A stretch of 62,625 nucleotides of DNA, filler included, from Asterionella formosa (taxonomy: Eukaryota): assembly GCA_002256025.1 (NCBI GenBank). It is 27 parts of 27 records of this genome, joined end to end, with 100 filler letters (N's around TTAATTAATTAA, not from the genome) between each part and the next. Parts side by side here need not be neighbours in the genome. Positions count along the whole stretch, not along the records: positions 1 to 2,229 come from NKIB01000180.1; positions 2,330 to 4,557 come from NKIB01000181.1; positions 4,658 to 6,885 come from NKIB01000182.1; positions 6,986 to 9,212 come from NKIB01000183.1; positions 9,313 to 11,539 come from NKIB01000184.1; 22 more parts are not named here. One strand, 5' to 3'. The notes under the pieces are model-generated. The model did not search any database. It was given only the letters and a program-made list of their open reading frames with translations, and was not told the origin of the DNA. The position numbers and the translations under genes were made by a program. This document shows positions 1 through 10,653 of the stretch, piece by piece (the stretch's first letter is position 1; every line of letters starts with the position of its first letter).

Positions 1-427
1 AGCCTCGTTGGAGAGATTTGTCGCCATGACAGTAATGTTCCACGAGCTTGGTACCAATGTTCAGAAATTCTTCCCCGCGATTTCCCTTGGATATCTAGGT
101 TACAGTACAGATCGAACTCATAGCATGATGCGGATAGCAACCACAGCTTCTCCAGTATCTGGAGCTGATGTTCGCGAGCGCATCGCAACAATGAAGGCTA
201 CCCAAGTCATTCTTCAATCTGTACGTACTATCTCGAATGCATGGTTCAACTACTGGAGACGCGAAGCCAAGCGTCTGCTGAAGCAAAATTCTATGGGGCT
301 ACTGGTAGATATTTCCGATGAAAGGCTCCGCATTTTTAACGGACGCGCGTCAGGCAGCAGCGACGAATTTGTCAAGCTCAGATTTGATTCAGACTGTGAG
401 AGTACCGAGAGTGAAATCTACTTCTGA
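1..427 (+). CDS. 3' end of a hypothetical protein (partial, runs in from the window start)
   Basis: Open frame ...LERFVAMTVMFHELG...HSMMRIATTASPVSGADVRERI... with protein-like composition, ending at TGA 427. No family recognised. Confidence 0.55.
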   Translation, partial: ASLERFVAMTVMFHELGTNVQKFFPAISLGYLGYSTDRTHSMMRIATTASPVSGADVRERIATMKATQVILQSVRTISNAWFNYWRREAKRLLKQNSMGLLVDISDERLRIFNGRASGSSDEFVKLRFDSDCESTESEIYF

Positions 428-1854
428 ATGGTGATTCGCTACATGGGCATAATCTGTCACAGTTGCGGGTTTTTGGAACCCCAAAAGGCTGTGATAAGGA
501 GGAATCCCTTCATGCATATATTTATCGATTGTGCTTCTGTAAAATGTGAAGATCTCATCTAGAATGCGAACGAATGAGGAGGCTATTGACGTATACAAAG
601 AGAATGAAGCGATGATGAAAGAAGGAAAGAATCAAAATAAAATAAAGAAAGTGTTATCAACGTTTCAATATCTAGTTCCGAGGAAAATTGGGAAGAAGAA
701 TTCCATGGTGGCCTGTCAGAATATCAACCGGTCTGACCTTTGTACATGTATATTTATTTAATATAGTAGAATGAAAGAATATTACATCCAATGTCTTGTT
801 GTTCTCCATCTTGTAATTCAATGGTGAAGTTTCTGGAGTCTAGTTTGGGTTAGCAATTATTTCGGCATCATCAATCTATATACAAGCCTGCGCCACCTGA
901 CGTCAATATAGCTACCTCGACTTCATCAATGAAGACAGTATGATGGGCGGAGCATGTGAGAAAGAACCGGGGTTGAGGTGAGCTGTTGTCTTGATGCCAA
1001 CGTGCTTGGCTGAACTTGCAGGTGAAGGCATTGAGTGGCCTGGGTCTGTGTGGCCAAAGGTTAAAGAAAAAACTATGACAAGATTGGCTAGACAGTGCTG
1101 TTTAGGAGCAAAAGTTATCATAGCTGAATGGATTCGGAAATTTGTATGGACAATATATGATGGCATACCATGGCTGCTTTGGGCTGACAGTTGCCAAGTC
1201 AATGTACAAACACAACAAGGTTGCACAAAAGATGGTCCCATTTTACTTGACTGGCTGATACATAGTTTTGAGACTCACCATTCTGCAATGGGTTGGACTT
1301 TGATCATTGCTTTGTTTGAAGCACAATCAATTTGAATGTTGTCCAGTGAAGGAATGAAAACAATTTTGGCGAAAAAGCGCAGAACAGATCAAGAGATTTC
1401 ATAGGAATTGAAATAATGGGGCATATATGATGCACTGCTCCTTGTGTATATTTGATCATTTCCATATTTCACATACAGTTGCATGGATGACTCCTCCCTT
1501 TCATAATAAGATTATTTTGGCAGATATAGCAAAATGTTTTGATTTGGCAGGTAAAGTAACCTTTACTCAAATCCTTTGGGTCATGGGATCATTTCCTGAT
1601 TTGACTATCAGGTAAGGTTTAATTCATCTGCCAAATCAAAGACATTGTGATATATCTGCCAAAGTGATCAAAACAACCAATATTATTTATACTTTTACTG
1701 TGATCTCAGCATATTTTTGTTACAGATGAATGATCATGATGAACCAGCCAGTTTAAAGTCGTTTCAATTTAGAAAGTTTCTGCCATGATCATCACATCGT
1801 CATTTATTCTTCCAGTTTCATTAAAACAAAAATCATATTAGTACTTTCTGATGC

Positions 1855-1927
1855 CCAGGGAATGGCTTAATGGTTTAGCATATTGCCTTTGATCTATGGT
1901 TGTAACGTTTGATACCCGCAATTTTTT
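1855..1927 (+). other. Degenerate tRNA-like / SINE-head sequence
   Basis: A-box-like TGGCTTAATGG (1863-1873), B-box-like GTTTGATACC (1907-1916), then a T-run. A similar GGGAATGGCTTAGTGGTT occurs at ~9133-9150. The cloverleaf is not intact. Confidence 0.3.
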
Positions 1928-1980
1928 GAGAAGTAATTGTTGGGTTGGACTCCCACACTCCTTATCGTCTCACACGGTCT

Positions 1981-2170
1981 TGCCTGCTGGTGCGCAATAA
2001 ATAGTTGGTTGCCCTCCCCCCACAAGCAGCTTGTGTCGCCTTCCTAGGCGGTCGGAGTTTCCCCGAATGCTGCTGCTAAGACAATCACCTTTTGTGAAAG
2101 GTGGTTGGGGACTCATCAGCCACTTACTATGCTAACAAAACTAGGGAAGCACAGGTCTTGTCGGCAGGTA
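1981..2170 (+). ncRNA. Candidate structured RNA (multi-stem), possibly a retroelement terminal structure
   Basis: Nested stems with G-U pairs that favour the + strand: 1981-1990/2161-2170, 2001-2011/2117-2130, 2035-2041/2046-2052, 2055-2064/2107-2114, 2083-2092/2097-2106. Confidence 0.4.
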
Positions 2171-2229
2171 GCACAATGAAATACTTACCTAGAAATAGGG
2201 GAGTACAAATGGGCTATAAATCATACTAA

Positions 2230-2329
2230 NNNNNNNNNNNNNNNNNNNNNNNNNNNNNNNNNNNNNNNNNNNNTTAATTAATTAANNNNNNNNNNNNNNN
2301 NNNNNNNNNNNNNNNNNNNNNNNNNNNNN
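2230..2329. other. Artificial contig linker N44-TTAATTAATTAA-N44 (first of 26; others start at 4558, 6886, 9213, 11540, 13867, 16194, 18518, 20844, 23170, 25495, 27820, 30143, 32466, 34788, 37110, 39431, 41751, 44071, 46391, 48710, 51033, 53353, 55673, 57992, 60310)
   Basis: An identical 100-nt spacer with a six-frame stop cassette recurs every ~2.32 kb. Confidence 0.99.
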
Positions 2330-3371
2330 CCTGGCGCGGACGGTCCTCCTCCTATACCTTTGCTTTGTACTAGCCATGTGTACATTCTACATAACAAAAA
2401 GCTGGCGCGCAGTCTATGCTTTGTCAGTATACTTTTTGGCGAGCAATGCAGACCTCCCGAAAATCTGACGAACATGGTGAATCGTCACGATTTTCAACGT
2501 TGTGATTTGCAAAAGGTTAGTACCAGTAATAACGCTAGATTGCACTACATAGGATGTCTGAATTAATTTAACTATTTTTCCCACCTTTTCGGAGCGTCTA
2601 TAAGCAAAACTACCGCTACAATGAAGACTCCAACAGGGAAAATATCTAGCTGTAGCAAATCTATCGAATATGCGAATTTTTTTACACAGAAATAGCTGTT
2701 GCATGTATTCGCGTTCATCTGATGATCATGTCATTGTAGTCGGCCTGAGTAGAAAATAAGAGCTGCAACCAAAGCTATTTCTTTTCGGAAAGGCTACAAT
2801 TTGTCTACAATGATTATTTTATCAAATGAAATTCGGTTAAGAAATCAAATCAAAAGAAACGTTGGTAGATATGTTTTATATATACTGGCACCCGTAGTTC
2901 CATAGAAAAAGGAGTCGCATACCGGTACTATTTTAGTGTTCATCGAATATCGTTGTAGTCAGTCGAAAATGAGAGGTATTTCCGAGATACTTCAAACAGT
3001 TCACTGCACATGACGATTACTCGAAGACATAATGATCACTTGACCAACAAATTGAAGACGTAACTGCAAACATTCATTCTGCTTGTCATCGCTAGTATTT
3101 CGTTGTTGTTGCAAAAATCGGAGTGATGACGGATGGAAATGAAAAGCCAAATTACATTACTTGAACTGGTACATTATCCTACCAAGAAATTCGAATACAG
3201 GAATCAAATAGAAACAATACATATAATAATTAAATATATGTAGTGAAAAGGGTTACTATTTAAATTACAAAGGCATTTATCAAAATTATTAGATCACGAT
3301 ATAACGAAATGTTATGATCAGATGATCACAATCCTATGATGCATCATGGATATATGATAGTTTTTATTTGC

Positions 3372-4557
3372 AGACGCCACAAATCCGCCTTTGACCACCT
3401 TGACTTCCTCAGCCATGAGTTTCAAGACATGATTCATCAGGGTTTCTGGGTGGTTGTCCCCTACCTCAGTTGCAAACACTGGCCCCAGCTCCACATTTCT
3501 CCTCTCGGTGTTGTCCTCCAAAGAGAACCCCGCCCTCGGACCATTGTTGATTATTCGATGTCAATAAGCACACCGCCGCTCTGGCACCCCGGGAGGCCAT
3601 GCAATATGGCCACGCCCTCTCGCAGATCCTCCACACGATTGTCCATGCTGACCCACGCCATGGCCCCCTCTCGTTCATTAAGATCGACATTGCCGACGGT
3701 TTCAACCGTGTTTGGCTTGCCGCGTCCGATATTCCCAAGCTTGGTGTGGCTATGTGAACCCTTCTTGTTGCCTTCCCTCTTTTCCTTCCCATGGGGTGGG
3801 TCAAATCCATCTCATACTTCACCGCGGTCACTGAAGCCATCTGCGACCTTGCAAATAGGGCATTACGCACCTCCCACCACCTGCCCCCTCCGCACCACCT
3901 TGACTTTGCTGCCAACACACGTCCCCCAGCCACCACACCCTGCCCCATCCACCCTCCCTCTTCGCACATGGCGCTCCACCCAACCGGTTACCTATCGCAA
4001 ACCCCCGGTTGCCTCCGTCGATGTGTTCGTTGATGACTTCATTGGGTTGGCTCAAACCAGACACAAGCAGCACCGGGTCCGGGGTCACCTGCTCCACGCC
4101 ATCGACCAGGTCCTGAGACCCCTCCACCCCAGCAACAATCCGGCTTGCAAAGAACCCACCTCAGTCAAAAAAACTCATGCAAGGAGATGGTTGTTGGACC
4201 ACACAAAAAGATATACTGGGGTGGAATATCGACAGTGTTGCCCACACCCTTAGTACCTTACCCCCACATCACCTCGCCAAACTCCACAGCCTCCTTGCCG
4301 GTGTCCTCCAAGCCCACAGCCTCAGCAGGAAGCGCTGGCAACAAATCCTAGGCGAACTCCGCAGCATGCTCCCCGCCCTCCCGGGCATCCAGGGACTATT
4401 CAGCCTCTTACAACACGCCCTGCCCTCCCCGGCAGCCGGGGACTATTCAGCCTCTTACAACACGCCCTGGCCACTACCTCCACCAACCGCATCCGAGTGA
4501 CCCAGGCCGTCAAAGACTTTGTACTAGACTTCCAGCACCTCGCTGCCAGCCTTACCT
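3372..4557 (+). mobile_element. Ngaro/DIRS-like tyrosine-recombinase retrotransposon RT region, frameshifted
   Basis: Motifs across frames: ISPLGVVLQREPRPRTIVDYS, KIDIADGF, LPMGWVKS..YF, DVFVDDFIG, KDILGWNIDS, WQQILGELRSM. The segment is C-rich compared with its flank. Confidence 0.85.
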
Positions 4558-4744
4558 NNNNNNNNNNNNNNNNNNNNNNNNNNNNNNNNNNNNNNNNNNN
4601 NTTAATTAATTAANNNNNNNNNNNNNNNNNNNNNNNNNNNNNNNNNNNNNNNNNNNNACCTTCTATTGTATTGTAGGTCACAGCTCCTAATACTCACGTA
4701 TCATTCCGTATCATTTATCCCCTACAAATACTCGCTACTGTTGA

Positions 4745-6580
4745 AAAGACCAAGGAGCGACGAAACGCCAGAAACAAAATGATGAGCAGAAGGAAGCCTC
4801 CTTAATAAAGATTATAGGGGAGAAGCTCAATGAATATTTCAAGCGCTTGGATAAGGATCAGACAAAGCCACTCGTTCTAAAGACAATGCATATCTACATG
4901 CTTGATCCGGAAAAGGTTCCTTTCAATCCTACTTTACCTGCTTTTGCTCCTACTTTACCTCGTTCTGACTCTACTTTACCTCCTTCTGATCCTACTTTGT
5001 CTGCTTTTTCCCCAACTGATAGTTACTGGATTGAACGTGTCCAACAGGTGCGGTTCGACGACTGCAAGAGTAGGGGAATCTTATATCGCCCTGAAATTGT
5101 GAAGGCAATGTTAAAAGCGGTTGAAGATGCCTTCAAAAAAGGTGGTCCGGCTGGAATCATGATCAAAGGACCGCATGGAATTGGCAAGTCGCACTCACTT
5201 GTCAACTTGGTTCGTACACTGCAATATGACAGTAGCTGCAAGTATCTCGTAACTTTCATTCCAGACTGTCAAGAATGGAAGGGTGTTGTCGATTTGTACA
5301 CTGCAATCTGTAGATCATTTGGTACTTCCTTACCGGCTCTCTCATGGAAGATAGGCTCAGACAAGGACGAAAAAATGAAGGAACTCAATACTTTTGTCAA
5401 TGCCATTGACTTGATTCTTCAACGTATGAACAAGAAATGGGTCCTAGTTTTCGATCAGATCAACAGATTGTTTGCTCGACCAGAGCTAAAAAAATCTGTT
5501 GATCTGGGCACGCTTCCCTTTCCTTTTAGTGTCATCAACGGCATAATGAAGGGAGACCGCATTGTCTCCATCGTTTCAGCTTCCGCAAACAACGAGATTG
5601 CTTACAAGGAAAGACATCAAGGTTTTGAGGAATACATTCACCCTTGCAAGATGGATTTGGGAGAAATATGTGCAGCCTTTAAAGGAGTGGCTACACGAAA
5701 AGACCACAAAAGGATCTTGGAGGTGACTGGTGGGGTACCCTGGCAGGTGAAGAAATTGATTTCCTCTAAATTTTCTTTCGATGATTATGAAGAGGCTGAG
5801 TTGTGCACAATTCTAAGTTCTCTTAAAAGGTTGAAATTGGAAAAACCAGGTTCGACGTTTCAAGATATTACAAGTTCTGCTGTTGCTTGTGTTTTGTCAA
5901 CTAAAGGAGATGAAATAGAATATGACAGGAAATATTCAATTTCTGTTAAGGGGAAGAAGGCTTATGACTATGAGCCTTTGTTTCCTGCGGTGATATTAGC
6001 CTATCGACGATACTTTTGGAATAAGATACTGGTATATGTCCACACACACGAGAAACAACTTTTGAAAGTCTGCGCCAACCATGGTTTGACAAATAGTGCT
6101 TGTGGTCAGATTTTTGAACTCCTTGTGATCAGTCGCTGCTCACGCAATGCAAATGTTACTTGGGACGGATTTCTTTTGAAGAAATGCAGTCTCATTGAAA
6201 CCTTTTGCTCCAACACATTGCCTGAAGTCATGGTAGAAGATGGAATGTATGTACCCCGAAACTGCAACTTTCCTGCAATTGATCTGATCTGGAAGCATGG
6301 CAAAAGTGTGTGTGGTGTTCAGGTACATACTTCTGATCACCATGATGTCTTGAAAGTTTTTAGAGCAATGTGTGTTGAAGCTAATTGGGGTGCAGCATTT
6401 GATGAGATTCATCTGCTTTATTTAAGTCCTGATAAAGCAACTGCTAATTCTGCTCAAAAATTTATTACTAAAACCCAGGACAAAATTCCTGAAATCCAGG
6501 TTTCAGTTGCTGCACTTTGCATAAGCAGCATACCATGTCTCAACACTCTACAATGGCCAAAACAAACTATTGGTAAATAA
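4745..6580 (+). CDS. Crinkler/RHS-type (CR)-like protein: P-loop NTPase plus C-terminal PD-(D/E)xK-like nuclease (5' end uncertain)
   Basis: Walker A GPHGIGKS, Walker B-like LVFDQIN, motifs TGGVPW and GQIFELL, and C-terminal NFPAIDLIW...GVQVH. The frame is open from 4745 and uninterrupted for over 577 aa. Confidence 0.65.
   Translation, partial: KDQGATKRQKQNDEQKEASLIKIIGEKLNEYFKRLDKDQTKPLVLKTMHIYMLDPEKVPFNPTLPAFAPTLPRSDSTLPPSDPTLSAFSPTDSYWIERVQQVRFDDCKSRGILYRPEIVKAMLKAVEDAFKKGGPAGIMIKGPHGIGKSHSLVNLVRTLQYDSSCKYLVTFIPDCQEWKGVVDLYTAICRSFGTSLPALSWKIGSDKDEKMKELNTFVNAIDLILQRMNKKWVLVFDQINRLFARPELKKSVDLGTLPFPFSVINGIMKGDRIVSIVSASANNEIAYKERHQGFEEYIHPCKMDLGEICAAFKGVATRKDHKRILEVTGGVPWQVKKLISSKFSFDDYEEAELCTILSSLKRLKLEKPGSTFQDITSSAVACVLSTKGDEIEYDRKYSISVKGKKAYDYEPLFPAVILAYRRYFWNKILVYVHTHEKQLLKVCANHGLTNSACGQIFELLVISRCSRNANVTWDGFLLKKCSLIETFCSNTLPEVMVEDGMYVPRNCNFPAIDLIWKHGKSVCGVQVHTSDHHDVLKVFRAMCVEANWGAAFDEIHLLYLSPDKATANSAQKFITKTQDKIPEIQVSVAALCISSIPCLNTLQWPKQTIGK
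4928..5016 (+). repeat. 21-bp coding tandem repeat (about 4 copies; PTLPAFA/PTLPRSD/STLPPSD/PTLSAFS)
   Basis: CCTACTTTACCT-like core with a period of 21 nt. Confidence 0.8.
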
Positions 6581-8558
6581 AAAAGTTGTGTTTATCAATA
6601 TTTTGGGTTAGGAATGGGAATATGCCTTCCAGTCATCTTCCTTTATAGTGTTTTTGTAGCACTCAACACTTCTTGGCTGGGCATGGTAGGACTAAACCTA
6701 TAGTCATTATACCACTTAACAATTTAAATTTTATAGTACATTAAAGCTACTATCAAATAACTGCACTCGGGCCCACCAAATAGATGGACACAATTAGTAC
6801 TGGTTTTATTCATCCATATGGTACAACGGGACCTGTCTTTTCGTCAGCCGCACCCCCCGGAACCCTATGGACTACATGAAAAAGANNNNNNNNNNNNNNN
6901 NNNNNNNNNNNNNNNNNNNNNNNNNNNNNTTAATTAATTAANNNNNNNNNNNNNNNNNNNNNNNNNNNNNNNNNNNNNNNNNNNNATCTAGCAGGAAGGC
7001 TAGAAGCAGAGACAAGAGAGAAAGTGAGTGGTACTAGGTAGTACTACGATCACGTAAGAGTCTACGTGAAGAGAGACCCAACCCGCGGGAAGGAGTACGG
7101 ACCATTTCAACATTGTTATGCATAAAATATCACCACAGCAAAAAAAATTTGTTTTACGTACATGCATATGTGTCAGAATATGTCTGTTAGGCTGTTGATG
7201 TCGACAGGTGTCCGAAGAGTAGATGAAGTCTGAGGGAATGTCTACCGGTAAATGGAAATTGACAGTATTAATATGTATTTGCCGGTATGTAGCAGAATGA
7301 TCTGCAAACAAGCGACCCGGGAAAGATCTTGACCGGTTATTCCAGATTTTAAGTACCAGGTACAATAGTCTAAGATGTTATGGCTGGATGCATCATGAAA
7401 CTACATTGGGTAGCCATCATTGCTACCGGTACAGAATAATGCTGGGTACAGGTACAACATAATTTTAGCTTAAGTAAAATGTTCTATATAAATAACATCC
7501 ATATGAATAAAGTTTATGTACACATGCATCCGCGATCTTGTGATGTCATCATTGCATTCATTCATGACAAACATGAAATCGAAGTCAATTGTGCAGCGAT
7601 TGGGTGTGAAATCGTTGTTGTATGTTCATTGCAACTACTGTACTATTTGAGACATTCTTGTACAGTTTCAACTCCAGCTTGCCCACTATCAAGCTCAAGA
7701 GTGTGAAACCACTGGTCATGTATGCGTGGATCTCCATGCCCAACACAAAAAGTTCATATATAAAGCAAATTGTGTCGTCCTGTGCCGCTTCTGGTGTTTA
7801 ATAGTAGCGCTAATCATGAAGGAAAGAAAGCTAGCTATTTGAAGTGGCACGGGAGGATGTTCTATTGTTGAGTAAAGCAACAGAATAATAACAACATGGT
7901 GGATGTGATTATAACACCATGCCAATCCAGGCGCAAAATATTATATGCCATAGGTTAAGGCTAGTATTAGGCCTACAGGGTCTACCCCCCCCCGGTGGCC
8001 CCAAAAATTGCATCAAGCCATATTGTGAGTTTGAAAACTAGAACACTTCCCAAGACTTGCCAATATTCTTCACTATACTGTGGGAAACCAACATTTGTTA
8101 GACAAAAAATAAACATATTTCAGACATTACCCAAGGCAGATCATTAGCTGATCAGAGGGAAAATTTCAAATCAAAAATAACATGGAAAACCTGATATTCT
8201 CACACAGATATTTTCGAAGAAGAATGAAAGTACAGAGATTCCAGCATTGCCCCTGGGGTTGTGAACCAGCTTTCTTACTTCACCATCAAATAAGAGGGAG
8301 AAAGTGTTCCAATTAATATACAAAACTAGTTGAGTAGTATAAACTATGATACTTATTAGGAAGAAATGGTGTGGGCGAGTGGCGACTTTTTCCTTTCCAG
8401 GACCTAGTACCATGATAGCCTTGAATTTAAGCCCCTCTCATCGATTGGAATGGCATCAGCCAACTAAAGATGCATTTTCACTCGGCGACTTCCATCCACT
8501 TTCTCAAACCTCTCAGCAACATGACTGCACTAGTTTAGGAGACCAAGATCGAGTAAGG

Positions 8559-8583
8559 GAATGAATGAATGAATGAATGAATG
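8559..8583. repeat. (GAAT)n microsatellite
   Basis: About six GAAT units seen directly. Confidence 0.85.
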
Positions 8584-8894
8584 TACCATCGCCCTGTGAG
8601 CAAGCCTGGAAAGATTTGGTTCATCTTGCATACCGGTATTAATAAATCGGAACATGCATCATATGTCCCCATGAAGGCCCGGTAGCGCACGTTTTATGCG
8701 CACTTATTCAATTTCGACTAACTCTCAATGACTTGTCCCAGCCATGCCTACCAGACGAGCAAGATAGGCTGGCTTTGCATTCCAAACTCGCTCTCTTAGG
8801 TCAATTTCTATAATGTTAAATAATCAATCATTATCTCCAAGTCGTGATCTGAAAACGAAATTGTGTTTGCCTACTGGTTTACTGATGGAATTCA

Positions 8895-9042
8895 CTAATC
8901 AGCAATTTCTAGTTGTAGTCAGCAATTTCTACTAGTCATAGTCAACAATTTCTTGTCATTGCTTGTCAGTGACTTCAAGTCGTTGTCAGCAACTTCTAAT
9001 TGTTTTCAGTAACTTCTAGTCATTGTCAGAAGATTTCTAGTC
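8895..9042. repeat. Degenerate ~20-21 bp minisatellite (GTCAGCAATTTCTAGTYRT-like)
   Basis: Repeated cagcaatttctagt / caacaatttcttgt / cagcaacttctaat / cagtaacttctagt units. Confidence 0.6.
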
Positions 9043-9312
9043 TATGTAATCACCAACTGGATCATTAATCATAAACAAAAGAGTAATTTTGAAAATGTCA
9101 ATGGATTGTTAATTGATATGGTTATAGTATAGGGGAATGGCTTAGTGGTTCTTAGCACACCTATTGTGTGTGTCTCCACCTGTCTTTTTCATGTAGTCCC
9201 TAGGGTTCCACCNNNNNNNNNNNNNNNNNNNNNNNNNNNNNNNNNNNNNNNNNNNNTTAATTAATTAANNNNNNNNNNNNNNNNNNNNNNNNNNNNNNNN
9301 NNNNNNNNNNNN

Positions 9313-9733
9313 AGATAAGGCAGTGTCAAACAATACTGGGCCTGTTGAAAAAGTGCTTTCTCTTCTTTTGACACAGTTGCTTCACAAGGCTACTCAAACT
9401 GGTACTGATAACCTGCAGCAGCAACAACAACAGCAGCAACAACTGCAGCAACGGGCACAGAACATGATGAACATGATGATGATGTCAATCATCGCATCAT
9501 TGTTGAATCAGCATGGGGTATCTCAAACAACCACCTCCACTGACAGTGCCGATCCCATTCAGGCAATTATGAATTCAATTATTGCTTCAAACATGATTTC
9601 AATGCAGCAAACAATGCAAAGCCAAAATCTAACCTCGACAGCAGGTGCCAATGCACAACAAACTTTGTCTGCCTCAACTCAATGTCAAACACCAAAAAAT
9701 AACAGTGGTAGCAGTAGTAGTGATGATGAATAA
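9313..9733 (+). CDS. 3' part of a Q/S/T-rich low-complexity protein, possibly the Harbinger partner ORF
   Basis: Open from the contig start, with poly-Q and poly-M runs. It converges on the transposase stop codon 74 bp away. Confidence 0.4.
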
Positions 9734-9807
9734 CCTTAAATTAATTCATTCCAATATAATGTGAAAGAAGTGGTGCTAAATAATCATGAAGGAATAATTT
9801 CTTTGAA

Positions 9808-10653
9808 TTACATGGCATATCTTTTTGCATTCCTATGCAAATAGGGCATATACACTGAAGCAATTTGGTTCTGACCAACTTTGCTAGCACGAAAGTTGTA
9901 GAGCAATACAATCATTTGGAGAATTAATTTTCTTTCACCTTTTTCTTCATAACGAAATTTGTCTTTGATTCTCGGAAATAATCCCTGAAGGCATCGCATT
10001 CCCCATTCCGACAGCTGTTGGATGGAGGTGGCTAGGCGATTCATACCAAATCGTGGTCGAGGATTACCATTTGCATCAACATTGTTTTGATGCAATTTCA
10101 ACATTGCATTTGATTTTTTAGATGCAAATGCTGAATCCACAACTACTTTTTTGCCTGTATCCCTGTAAACTGTTTCAATCTGATCATAGATCGATGACCA
10201 AATTGCCATGGTGGAGTCATGTAGAACACCAGGTGCATTGAAATATGAGCAGCGAATTTTTCCATCAGGCGAAAAAAGAAACAAGTTTGTCACATAGTGT
10301 TCATGGGTCCATCCATTGTAGAAGTTGTTCTGCTGTGTTTCATTTCCAGCCCGTTGCAGGGTCAGTTTCAGACCATCCATTGCTCCCCAACAATTTGTTA
10401 TATGTGGGTATTTCTGATTGATCATGGTTGCAAACAAGGTGGCTTCGTCTGCAGTAGGCAGTCTCACAACGGCATCTTCATGTGTCAGCAGTACTTTTAC
10501 AATCATTCGCCTTGAAAACCTAAACCAAACACTCAAAGAACCATGAGTTAACCCGAAAATAATCTGAAGAATCATATAGGAACCACGAGTCCTGGTCCAT
10601 GCTAACCCAAGCGCTAGACAACTGATGGTAACAAGAGGCGGCACAGCATACAA
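9808..10653 (-). mobile_element. PIF/Harbinger-type DDE transposase (DDE_Tnp_4-like), 5' part degraded
   Basis: Motifs WGAMDG, FYNGWTHEH, NAPGVLHDS, VVVDSAF, QLSEWGMR..Q..FPR. Confidence 0.85.

Noticed and set aside
826..1404. Stop-interrupted + strand frame including ORF 991-1335
   Set aside because: May be a decayed TE or gene, but I recognise no motif to support a call.
2050..2120. RNase MRP/P RNA (GGGGACTCAT resembles the 3' P4 strand)
   Set aside because: No GAAAGTCCCC-type 5' conserved region, and the spacing is too short.
2050..2135. Hammerhead ribozyme on the - strand (CTGATGAG...GAAAC)
   Set aside because: Stem II cannot close correctly before GAAA (GGGGAAAC rather than ...C-GAAAC), stems I and III are unconvincing, and the G-U pairs favour the + strand fold.
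6986..8560. Several 70-120 aa ORFs in contig 4 (and similar short ORFs at 19416-20637, 37472-38933, 56836-57404)
   Set aside because: No motifs, non-ATG starts or atypical composition; consistent with random ORFs or unrecognisably decayed elements.
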